A stretch of DNA of 64,000 nt, from contig OZ024756.1 in assembly GCA_964016885.1 (NCBI GenBank), positions 22,320,001 through 22,384,000 on the forward strand, written 5' to 3'. The position numbers and the translations under genes are program-made. The notes beneath the pieces were generated by a model. That model was not told the origin of the DNA, did no database searches, and saw only the letters and a list, made by a program, of their open reading frames with translations. Origin of the DNA: Eledone cirrhosa. Lineage: Eukaryota. This document shows, piece by piece, positions 40,137 to 52,782 of this stretch (the stretch's first letter is position 1; every line of letters begins with the position of its first letter).

Positions 40137-40480
40137 AGATAAGATTCTAACTGGCTGCGCTCAAAGTGTCTTTGACCCAGTTGACTGTGGGTTTTTCCAT
40201 TTTTATGATCTCAATTACCGGTTAACGTCTCAATTACCGGACACGTCTTCACACCTGCTCACAGCTGCGGTCAGACTATAGTTATGCTGTCTGCAAGCTC
40301 ATTCAAATGCATTCACACTGGTTGTCTCAAAGACATACAAATATGGCTTATAAAACTTACCAAAATAAAGAGCCTTCCAGCGCCCCCTAACCTCCCTCCC
40401 CCAGCTCCAAACGCCCCCCTAACGCGACCTTGCTCCCAAACGCCTCCCGGGGGTGCATATGCCCCCCGTTGAGAACCTTT

Positions 40481-41013
40481 GGTGTAGAGGATATCACCCA
40501 TATACATTATGTAATCCAGTGAAATATGTCAGTAGTATATATTATATATGAGTTATATATAATATATATGTGAGCTATATACAACATGTCATGGTGTAGG
40601 GGATATCATTCACGTACATTACGTAATCCAGTGAAATATATCAGTAGTATATACTATATATGTGAGTTATATACAACATGTCATGGTGTAGGGGATATCA
40701 TTCACGTACATTACGTAATCCAGTGAAATATGTCAGTAGTATATAATATATATGTGAGCTATATACAACATGTCATGGTGTAGGGGATATCATTCACGTA
40801 AATTACGTAATCCAGTGAAATATGTCAGTAGTATATAATATATATGTGAGCTATATACAACATGTCATGGTGTAGGGGATATCATTCACGTACATTACGT
40901 AACCCAGTGAAATATGTCAGTAGTATATAATATATATGTGAGTTATATACAACATGTAATATATGTGGAGGATATCACATATGCATTACGTAATCCAGTG
41001 AAATATGTCTAGT
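40481..41013. repeat. 92-bp tandem repeat, about 5.5 units
   Basis: GGTGTAGGGGATATC starts at 40593, 40685, 40777 and 40869. Confidence 0.92.
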
Positions 41014-41429
41014 ATAAAACAATTTATAATGGTTTGCCGTATGCCAGGAATGTATGATAGTTAATAGAGCTGTAGTAGATAAGTAGCAGACAATATAGCA
41101 TGAGGAGTAGGTACGTAATAGACAATATATGTTGAGTAGTAAGCCACGTGAACATAAGTACAGAGAAATCTAGTGCCATATACTGTACTGTTGATATCAC
41201 CATGTACTGCGACAAGATATTTTCTACTTCAAGTGTATTATTACTATGCTGTCTGTTAAAAGTAGATACCTAATGCTATCTATCTCTCTTCCTCTCACTC
41301 ACTGTCGTTTTCTCCCGCTTTCACTCTCTCCTCCCTCTCTCTCCATATGCGATATCTCACAACCTCGCCATGTATTACATTGTATGTCATCTATATATCT
41401 ATCTACCTCTATCTATCTATCTACCTACC

Positions 41430-41481
<52 letters not shown>

Positions 41482-41619
41482 CCTCTATCTACCTACCTAT
41501 CTATCTCTATCTACCTATCTACCTATCTACCTACCTCTATCTATCTACCTACCTATCTACATCTATCTATCCATCCTTGTGTGCGCATTTGAGTAAGTGT
41601 ACTTGTCCCTGTTCCACTT

Positions 41620-41662
<43 letters not shown>

Positions 41663-41690
41663 AGACAGAGAGATATATACAGAGAGAGAG

Positions 41691-41731
<41 letters not shown>

Positions 41732-41898
41732 CAGAGAGAGAGATACAGAGAGAGAGATGCAGGGACGAGGCTGTGTGGTTACTGATAACGGGTATTAGAA
41801 AGCAATGGAACCCAAACAAGAGATGGACATTTCCCCTCCATCCGTTGTCTACCAAGGGTCACAGATGTTTCAGCGCGCGCGCACACACACACACACAT

Positions 41899-41973
<75 letters not shown>

Positions 41974-42055
41974 AAGAATTAAAAAGAACAGAAAGGTGCA
42001 GTAAAAGAGATTTATTCGGTTCTTACGTACGTTTCAATAGACATCGTGCATAACC

Positions 42056-42130
<75 letters not shown>

Positions 42131-42133
<3 letters not shown>

Positions 42134-42557
42134 AGGAGGTTATAGTTCACTTGAAGCATTGTGTAATGAGGTATAAACGTTTGAATATGTGTAATAAGGC
42201 CAAGACAATGCAGGTATGGACATAGAAAAAAGAATGCAATGGTGAAAGATATTGATGTGAATTCGTCTTTCACCTTGAATTTATTTAAATGTCCTTAATT
42301 TTCGAGATAATATCTCTTCTTCGGAGGGAAGTAAAGGTCTCAAACCAGCGTCTTTAAATCTCTAGTCAAGCCAGAGATTTAAAGACGCTGGTTTGAGACC
42401 TTTACTTCCCTCCGAAGAAGAGATATTATCTCGAAAATTAAGGACATTTAAATAAATTCAAGGTGAAAGACGAATTCACAACAATATCTTTCACTATTGC
42501 ATTCTTTTTTCTATGTCCATACCTGCATTGTCTTGGCCTTATTACACATATTCAAAC

Positions 42558-42561
<4 letters not shown>
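42131..42561 (+). mobile_element. Fold-back PLE-type insertion (family H): 192-bp arms, 41-nt tail
   Basis: Arms 42172-42363 / 42373-42564 with two mismatches; (TA)n both sides. Confidence 0.92.
42409..42443 (+). ncRNA. Minimal hammerhead with CCGAAGA core; mirror at 42293-42327 (-)
   Basis: CCT-CCGAAGA-A-GAGAT ATT ATCTC-GAAA-AT-TA-AGG. Confidence 0.7.
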
Positions 42562-42599
<38 letters not shown>

Positions 42600-42857
42600 T
42601 AAATACTATGTTACTTAAACGATATACGATTCTCGCTCTCTACATATATATCATAAATTTGAATAATTGAGGATTTGAACCAATGCCCATTGAAAATATT
42701 TATAGAGAAGCATGATCATCAGTCATATTAAACATCAGCGATCATCCACTATGTATTAATCTATTCTAATTTACCTGTAAATAGAAACTCAACACATGGA
42801 TTAAGCACACCTTTCCCTCTTACCCTCTCTCTCTCACAGAGAGACAGGCAGACAGAC

Positions 42858-42898
<41 letters not shown>

Positions 42899-43073
42899 GC
42901 AAAATATATGCATGCCAATTCTAACACATATATATCCTAGAAACGATCGTTAAATAATGAACTTTTTTTGTTTAATATAAGGAACTGTTTCATTGTTTTA
43001 TTCATTATTTGTTTAATATTTTATATATATATATATAAAGTCGATCGTTCCTTTATATATATATATATATATA

Positions 43074-43229
43074 TAATAATAGTAATAATAATAAAATTGA
43101 AGACTAAAATCCAAAGAGGGCTCGATAAGGAAATATATATCAAATATATAAGAACCGTAGAGCAAATATTTATTAAAATAACAGATGAAAGCAGCGATTC
43201 TTTGCTTAAACTTTAATCTGTTATTTTAA

Positions 43230-43236
<7 letters not shown>
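43074..43236 (+). mobile_element. Short fold-back insertion in (TA)n
   Basis: 21-bp arms 43166-43186 / 43216-43236 plus a ~90-nt left tail. Confidence 0.7.
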
Positions 43237-43269
<33 letters not shown>

Positions 43270-43859
43270 AAGGAACGATCGACTTTCGTCAAATCGGACC
43301 GAGGAAACAATGCTTCTATTTGTCTGTGTGTGTGCCTATGAGTGTATGAGTGCGGCTGTTCGTATGTGTTAATGTGTGCACGAGTGCCTTTCTTTAATGC
43401 ATCCGTTATCGTTTTGCCATCGCATTGACTTCTTCTAGGATGTCCTAAATGAGAAGAAAATTCAAAGGTTCAACGTATCTAAAATAGAGACAAGATCGTC
43501 GGCGATGCCATTGAACTCAGAAAGTAAAGAGTGAGAAGAAATGCTGCAAAGTATACAGTTCGTCGTTGTAACAATTTCGCTCTTGGCCGGAAATTTATTA
43601 CATTCACCCCGTCAAGATGAAAGACAAAGCAGGAATCGGCGCCATTTAAAAACTTAGAAATTCAAGAAGCCGGACAAATGTCACTAGACATTTTCTCTAA
43701 GGCTCTAACGATTTTGTCAATCCACCACTTTGTGTGTGTTTTTCTATACACACATACATATACATACATATACATACATATATATACACACATAGGTGTT
43801 TCTGTTTGTGTGTGAGTGTATGTGTGTGTGTATATATACATATATATTATATATATATA

Positions 43860-44420
43860 CATATATATGTATATACTCATATATATATATATATATATGT
43901 ATACATATGTATACTCATATATATATATGTATACATATATATACTCATATATATATATGTATACATATATATACTCATATATATATATGTATACATATAT
44001 ATACTCATATATATATATGTATACATATATATACTCATATATATATATGTATACATATATATACTCATATATATATATGTATACATATATATACTCATAT
44101 ATATGTATACATATCTATACTCATATATATATATGTATATATATCTATACTCATATATATATATATGTATATATATCTATACTCATATATATGTATATAT
44201 ATCTATACTCATATATATATATATGTATATATATCTATACTCATATATATATATGTATATATATCTATACTCATATATATGTATATATATATCTATACTC
44301 ATATATATATATGTATATATATCTATACTCATATATATGTATACATATATATACATACTCACACACATATATATATATATATACTCACACATATATATAT
44401 ATATACATACTCACATATAT
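43860..44420. repeat. ~30-bp TA-derived minisatellite (ACTCATATA..TGTATACAT)
   Basis: Directly visible. Confidence 0.9.
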
Positions 44421-44569
44421 ATATAAAGAAATATCTATCATATATATACACACACACACAGAGTATATACACACTATAAATGTATTTAAGCGTTAGTGGT
44501 GAGAGAGGGCGAGTGCGTATGTATGTATGTGTGTGTGTGTGAACGTGGATGTGTGTGTGTGTGTGTGTC

Positions 44570-44601
<32 letters not shown>

Positions 44602-45486
44602 GGAGGGGGGGATACATTGTTACGTAGTCTATCCACAGTTGTTACTGAAGAGAGCATTGTGTTCCGAGTCGTTCTACTTCTATTAATGTCTTTCTCTGAT
44701 TGAAAACACACGCAGATTTACTCAAAACCCACATACACACATACATAGACACACACAGGCATACATACATACATAGACATAGTCACACAGAGAGAGACAC
44801 ACACAGTCATACATACATACATACATAGACAGTCACACAGACAGAGACATACATACATACATACATACATAGACAGTCACACATACATACATACATAGAC
44901 AGTCACACAGACAGAGACGCACACACACATACATACATACATACATACATACATACATACATACATACATACATAGACAGAGACACACACAGATACATAA
45001 AATGTCTGGAATGACTTGTAAAGTTCCACCTCACGCGGTAACTGTATGAGGTCTGGAAATTGGCGACTGTTTCCATATATATATATATATATAAGAGAGA
45101 GCGAGAGAGCGAGCGAGATAGAGAAAGAAAGAGAAAAAGAGAGAGTAAAAGAGAGTCTGCGCTACTGAGACCGGAGAGGCAATTAATCGTGGAAGTACTC
45201 AATACATGGGTAGATGTAGAGTGGGTATAGAGATAAGCGAAATTCCGGGAGGGGGGGATAGAGGGTAGAGAGAGAGGCGGGGTGAGAGGGGAGAGAGAAA
45301 GGGGAGAGAGGGGGGAGGCAGAGAGGGGAGGCAGAGAGGGGAGAGAGAGAGGGGAGAGAGAGAAAGGGAGAGAGAGAAAGGGAGAGAGAAAGGGAGAGAG
45401 AGAAAGGGAGAGAGAGAAAGAGAGAGAGAAAGGGAGAGAGAAAGGGAGAGAGAGAGAGAGAGAGAGAAAAGAGAGAGAGAGAGAGA

Positions 45487-45526
<40 letters not shown>

Positions 45527-45861
45527 AGAAAGAGAGAGGGGGAGAGAAAGAGAGAGGGGGAGAGAAAGAGAGAGAGAGAGAAAAAAGAGAAAAAAAAGAG
45601 AGAGAGAGAAAAGAGAGAGAGAGAAAAGAGAGGGAAAAAAGCGAGAGAGAATGAATGTAGAGAAGTGACACACGAGTTGATATATATATATATATATACT
45701 ATATACATATATATATATCATTTATAAATAAATAAATAAATATAATAAAAAAGGGAAAAAAAACAGAAAATGCTAAAGGGATTTCCTTTTTGAATAACAT
45801 CAAAACATTTATTCTGAGAGAAAATGCCTTTAGCATTTTCTAGTTTGTTTTCCTTTTTCAC

Positions 45862-45900
<39 letters not shown>

Positions 45901-45941
45901 CGATATTAAACAAATGGAAATTATATTTATAAAACCATATT

Positions 45942-46007
45942 TATTTTATTATGCATATTTCAAGGGCCACCAAGGCAAATTATGGTGCGCTTTCATCAGA
46001 TAAAATA
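45942..46007 (-). ncRNA. Type I hammerhead related to family O
   Basis: Minus: TATTTTAT-CTGATGA-AAGCGCACCA..TGGTGGCCCTT-GAAA-TATGCA-TA-ATAAAATA; (TA)n lies ~45 nt downstream. Confidence 0.82.
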
Positions 46008-46159
46008 CAATACAGATTAGTTTTATAAATAATTATTGACATACCCTGAAAAAAATGCAACCTTAACGTTTGGAGCTTCCTGGATATTTGTTGAGTGCTT
46101 TATATCAGTTATAAAAATATTTTTAGCTTGTTGTATCCCAACAAATTAAATATAACCTC

Positions 46160-46205
<46 letters not shown>

Positions 46206-46785
46206 AAGGCTGCAACAAATGCGTACGTAGGCGGTACGCCGTTTGAGCACTCGATGCTCACGCGGAGTAAAGTATATTATCATAGATAACAAGGAATCAG
46301 TGCTGCTTCAGAACACAATTTATTAACATATTTCATATGTTTCTCCGGCGAGTAACTCAAGGAAGGACCTATCATAGATCGAACCCGACTCTGGAGTCGT
46401 AAGGTCCTCAGATAAGTTTATCGTATTTATTGCATTTCTTACAACTGACAATAATCGGTCCGTTTCATTCATACATGTATGTATGCTCATACATATACAC
46501 ACGCAAATATATGTATATAGGAATACATGCGTGCGTGAGGGCTGAGCCTATAAGTGTGATAATCTAATCTTAATCCTTTGCTCTTTTAATGTATTATGTT
46601 TCTCCTCCCTGACATGGGGGCAGCCATGGCGATTGACCACATGTTAAGAGATTCAAATCATGAAACTAAAACAAATTATTATACCGAGATCTATTGAACT
46701 GCTGGGTTATAAGTCATGACTGGACACACAGACAAAATAAGAGTACACGTAACCTCTTACAGACATAGGTTTGCACAAACACATA

Positions 46786-46865
<80 letters not shown>

Positions 46866-46902
46866 TGTGTGTGCGTCTGCGTGTACGTGTATGTGTGTGT
46901 GT

Positions 46903-46938
<36 letters not shown>

Positions 46939-47020
46939 TTGTGGATAGAAATAACAATACGATCGGTACGGTATACGGAAGGAATATATTAGGTTAACGC
47001 TTGAAATAGCAGGAAGATGG

Positions 47021-47056
47021 TCTTAAGATTTCGGACGCTAGTCCTTCATCAGAAGA
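47021..47056 (-). ncRNA. Minimal hammerhead (family P)
   Basis: Minus: TCTT-CTGATGA-A-GGAC TAGC GTCC-GAAA-TC-TT-AAGA. Confidence 0.78.
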
Positions 47057-47196
47057 AAGAATGGAAAATAATATAGACTGCAGGGACGGTTGGGTTGGAA
47101 TTGGAAAGAATGACTTTAGATAAAAATAAAAGGTCCATTCATGTTCGCATATCTTAGGAAGTACGGTAAAATACTGGTGCTGGTACCAAATCAAAC

Positions 47197-50100
47197 ACTC
47201 TGCACAGGCACAGTGTATGTTCTGCACAGGCACAGTGTATGCATAGGCACAGTGTATACTATGCACAGTGTATACTATGCACAGGCACAGTGTATACTCT
47301 GCACAGGCACAGTGTATGTTCTGCACAGGCACAGTGTATGCTCTGCACAGGCACAGTGTAAGCTCTGCACAGGCACAGTGTATACTATGCACAGTCACAG
47401 TGTATACTATGCACAGACACAGTGTATACTATGCGCAGGCACAGTGTATGCTAGACACAGGCACAGTGTATGCTCTGCACAGGCACAGTGTATACTCTGC
47501 ACAGGCACAGTGTATACTATTCACAGGCACAGTGTATACTATGCACAGGCACAGTGTATGCTAGGCACAGGCACAGTGTATGCTGTGCACAGGCACAGTG
47601 TATACTATGCATAGGCACAGTGTATACTATGCATAGGCACAGTGTATGCTATGCACAGGCACAGTGTATACTATGCACAGTGTATACTATGCACAGGCAC
47701 AGTGTATACTATGCACAGGCACAGTGTATACTATGCACATGCACAGTGTATGCTCTGCACAGGCACAGTGTATACTATGCACAGGCACAGTGTATGCTCT
47801 GCACAGGCACAGTGTATGCTATTCACAGGCACGGTGTATACTATGCACAGGCACAGTGTATACTATGCACAGGCACAGTGTATACTATTCACAGGCACAG
47901 TGTATACTATTCACAGGCACAGTGTATACTATGCACAAGCACAGTGTATGCTCTGCACAGGCACAGTTTATGCTCTGCACAGGCACAGTGTATGCTCTGC
48001 ACAGGCACAGTATATACTATGCACAGGCACAGTGTATACTATGCACAGGCACAGTGTATGCTGTGCACAGGCGCAGTGTATACTATGCACAGGCACGGTG
48101 TATGCTCTGCACAGGCACAGTGTATGCTCTGCACAGGCACCGTGTATGCTGTGCACAGGCACAGTGTATACTATGCACAGGCACAGTGTATACTATTCAC
48201 AGGCACAGTGTATACTATTCACAGGCACAGTGTATGCTCTGCACAGGCACAGTGTATGCTCTGCACAGGCACAGTGTATACTATGCACAGGCACAGTGTA
48301 TGCTGTGCACAGGCACAGTGTATAATATGCACATGCACAGTGTATGCTATGCACAGGCAGAGTGTATGCTCTGCACAGGCACAGTGTATACTCTGCACAG
48401 GCACAGTGTATACTATGCACATGCACAGTGTATACTATGCACAGGCACAGTGTAAACTATGCACAGGCACAGTGTATGCTCTGCACAGGCACAGTGTATG
48501 CTCTGCACAGGCACAGTGTATACTCTGCACAGGCACAGTGTATACTATGCACAGGCACAGTGTATACTATGCACAGGCACAGTGAATACTATTCACAGGC
48601 ACAGTGTATACTATTCATAGGCACAGTGTATACTATGCACAGGCACTGTGTCTGCTCTGCACAGGCACAGTGTATACTATGCACAGGCACAGTGTATACT
48701 ATTCACAGGCATAGTGTATACTATGCACAGGCACAGTGTATACTATGCACAGGCACTGTGTATGCTCTGCACAGGCACAGTGTATACTATGCACAGGCAC
48801 AGTGTATACTATTCACAGGCACAGTGTATACTATTCATAGGCACAGTGTATACTATGCACAGGCACTGTGTATGCTCTGCACAGGCACAGTGTATACTAT
48901 GCACAGGCACAGTGTATACTATTCACAGGCACAGTGTATACTATTCATAGGCACAGTGTATACTATGCACAGGCACTGTGTATGCTCTGCACAGGCACAG
49001 TGTATACTATGCACAGGCACAGTGCATACTATTCACAGGCACAGTGTATACTATGCACAGGCACAGTGTATACTATTTACAGGCACAGTGTATACTATTC
49101 ACAGGCACAGTGTATACTATGCACAGGCACTGTGTATGCTCTGCACAGGCACAGTGTATACTATGCACAGGCACAGTGTATACTATGCACATGCACAGTG
49201 TATACTATTCACAGGCACAGTGTATACTATTCACAGGCACAGTGTATGCTATGCACAGGCACAGAGTATGCTCTGCACAGGCACAGTGTATACTATGCAC
49301 AGGCACAGTGTATACTATTCACAGGCACAGTGTATACTATGCACAGGCACAGTGTATACTATTCAAAGACACAGTGTATACTATGCACAGGCACTGTGTA
49401 TGCTCTGCACAGGCACAGTGTATACTATGCACAGGCACAGTGTATGCTAGGCACAGGCACAGTGTATGCTATGCACAGGCACAGTGTATGCTATGCACAG
49501 GCACAGTGTATGCTCTGCACAGGCACAGTGTATACTATGCACAGGCACAGTGTATGCTAAGCACAGGCACAGTGTATGCTCTGCACAGGCACAGTGTATG
49601 CTGTGCACAGGCACAGTGTATGCTAGGCACAGACACAGTGTATGCTATGCACAGGCACAGTGTATACTATGCACAGGCACAGTGTATGCTAAGCACAGGC
49701 ACAGTGTATGCTCTGCACAGGCACAGTGTATACTATGCACAGGCACAGTGTATGCTAGGCACAGGCACAGTGTATACTATGCACAGGCACAGTGTATGCT
49801 AAGCACAGGCACAGTGTATGCTCTGCACAGGCACAGTGTATACTATGCACAGGCACAGTGTATGCTAAACACAGGCACAGTGTATGCTCTGCACAGGCAC
49901 AGTGTATGCTGTGCACAGGCACAGTGTATGCTAGGCACAGGCACAGTGTATGCTATGCACAGGCACAGTGTATGCTAGGCACAGGCACAGTGTATGCTAT
50001 GCACAGGCACAGTGTATGCTAGGCACAGGCACAGTGTATGCTCTGCACAGGCACAGTGTATACTATGCACAGGCACAGTGTATACTATTCACAGGCACAG

Positions 50101-50724
50101 TGTATGCTCTGCACAGGCACAGTATATACTCTTCACAGGCACAGTGTATACTATGCACAGGCACAGTGTATACTATGCACAGGCACAGTGTATACTATGC
50201 ACAGGCACAGTGTATACTATGCATAGTATACACAGTGTATACTATGCACAGGCACAGTGTATGCTCTGCACAGGCACAGTGTATACTATGCATAGTATAC
50301 ACAGTGTATACTATGCACAGGCACAGTGTATGCTCTGCACAGGCACAGTGTATACTCTGCTCAGGCACAGTGTATACTATGCACAGGCACAGTGTATACT
50401 ATGCACAGGCACAGTGTATACTATGCACAGGCACAGTGTATACTATGCACAGGCACAGTGTATACTATGCATAGTATACACAGTGTATACTATGCACAGG
50501 CACAGTGTATGCTCTGCACAGGCACAGTGTATACTATGCGTAGTATACACAGTGTATACTATGCACAGGCACAGTGTATGCTCTGCACAGGCACAGTGTA
50601 TACTATGCATAGTATACACAGTGTATACTATGCACAGGCACAGTGTATGCTTTGCACAGGCACAGTGTATACTATGCATAGTATACACAGTGTATACTAT
50701 GCACAGGCACAGTGTATGCTCTGC
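47197..50724. repeat. 22-bp satellite (GCACAGGCACAGTGTATACTAT), about 160 units
   Basis: Continuous tandem array with point variants. Confidence 0.97.
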
Positions 50725-50784
50725 GAAACAGGTCGATACGCAGTAAATATTTTTCATGTGTAAACGTTACTTCCTCGGTTTTTC

Positions 50785-50858
<74 letters not shown>

Positions 50859-50871
50859 TCATACTCTGATT

Positions 50872-51042
50872 ATGCCTGTGATTATTGGGGCACTGGGATA
50901 TGTTAGTAACTGCCTCAATACAAATCTTGAGAAGCTGATCTTCACAGGAACAGAAAAAACACGACTAGTTAGGAAATTACAAGTACAATCCATTAATGGA
51001 ACAGTAAAATTATGTAAAACATTCCAAAAATGTTGCATCTAA
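50872..51042 (+). pseudogene. C-terminus of restriction-like endonuclease of an R4/Dong-type non-LTR retrotransposon
   Basis: MPVIIGALGYVSNCLNTNLEKLIFTGTEKTRLVRKLQVQSINGTVKLCKTFQKCCI* fits the PV(I)IGALG...LEKL...LQ.....GT motif. Confidence 0.75.
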
Positions 51043-51658
51043 TAACTGCATATACACATGTACAGATACAAAGCGTATACACATGCACACATACAACTCA
51101 AAACACACATCCACACATACAATAACATCCATATCTACACATGCATGCATACATACATATCTACCTAGTTGATGTTGTGTAAATTCCAATGAGAGAGTCT
51201 TGTAACTATGTTAGAAACCGACTCTCTCTCTATTGGCAAAAATTTTGTGAAATTATAAAACCAGAACATACACATGCATGCATACACATGCATGCATACA
51301 CATACAAACAGACACACACACGTACATACATACATACATACAAACTCGTACACATACACACACATTCGACTTTCAGCTGTTTCCCATTCTCGTTACTGAT
51401 TTCAAACGGTCAGCATCTCGCATTTCCTGCTATTTTTATTATTGCTGATGTAGATATTATTGATATAGGCACGGATTGAAACCCAAGGCTTTCCAAACGT
51501 GACTATGACGTCATTGTATGGATATCCAGGTCGAGATTATCTAACGAATTATTTGCTTATTTAAGACTGTAGTGGGTGGTTTAAGAGCAATTTTTGATAT
51601 ATGAAGTATTAAACTGATTAGGTCGAATTCAGGTTTCATCGTTTCATCATATACATAT

Positions 51659-51843
51659 TTGTTTCTACTTTAGGCACAAGGCCAGCAATTACTCAGTTCA
51701 TTACTGGTACTTTATTTTATCGACCCCGTAAGGATGAAGGGCAAAGTCAACCTCGGTGGGATTTGAACTCAGATCGTAAAGGGACGTAACTATGCTGGAA
51801 AGCATGGCGTCCGACCCTCTACCGATACTGCCAATCCACCGCC
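51659..51843 (-). mobile_element. Full-length SINE
   Basis: Reverse complement of the SINE consensus. Confidence 0.92.
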
Positions 51844-52027
51844 TTCATCATATACATATTAATAGAAAGATGTATACCGTTATATTCTATTTTGTATACC
51901 TCAGAAACTCTTGCTTATTGTGATCCAGTTCTTGGTTAAGAAAGCCAGTTTCATGGATGGTTTCAACGTACGGTTAGGGGTAACTCCACAAGTTTGTAAG
52001 AATCCCGTTCAATCTTGGAGTATAAAG

Positions 52028-52151
52028 TATAAAATAGAAAACACAGGTAAGCATTAAGAGAAGGATTGTATCCAGGTATTTACGACCGTTTCATTGAAAC
52101 GGTCATAAATACCTGGATAAAATCCTTCTCTTAATGCTTACCTGTGTTTTC

Positions 52152-52160
<9 letters not shown>
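52028..52160 (+). mobile_element. Fold-back insertion with ~66-bp arms and hammerhead 3' half (GAAACGGTC)
   Basis: Arms meet at 52094, with three mismatches; ends in (TA)n. Confidence 0.8.
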
Positions 52161-52192
<32 letters not shown>

Positions 52193-52196
<4 letters not shown>

Positions 52197-52292
52197 GTGT
52201 CCCAAACATGTATACAAACATTGATTACCTGTACAGTCAAAAAATGTATTAGAATGCTGTTGAAGAGTGTATACATATTTGGGGACACCCTG
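52193..52292. mobile_element. Tc1/mariner-type MITE, 100 bp
   Basis: TIRs CAGAGTGTCCCAAACATGTATACA / TGTATACATATTTGGGGACACCCTG, each flanked by TA. Confidence 0.8.
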
Positions 52293-52369
<77 letters not shown>

Positions 52370-52734
52370 TATATATATATAATGATATTCCTTGAAGAGC
52401 CGTAGCTTAATTATAGATGTTAACTAAATAAGTAAATCGATATTCACTGTGCCGAGTGTTTGAAATGAGATTGTCAAATATCGGTGGAGAAAATCGATAA
52501 ATGAAATTCTTAGATAATGCTGTACAACGTCGCATGCGTATATATATATATTGATGTATACATACCGTATACACGCACACATATATATATATATTTATAC
52601 ATGCATACTTATACATATATATATGCATGCTCATAGACATACATACATACCCACATATACATACATGCCTCCATATGTATCGCTGTATACATACTGTATG
52701 CACAGAAACAATTATAGATACATACGTATACATG

Positions 52735-52782
<48 letters not shown>

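Noticed and set aside
47141-50763. C/H-rich repeat ORFs or CRISPR-like array
   Set aside because: This is a head-to-tail 22-bp satellite with no unique spacers, no cas genes and ORFs in several frames.
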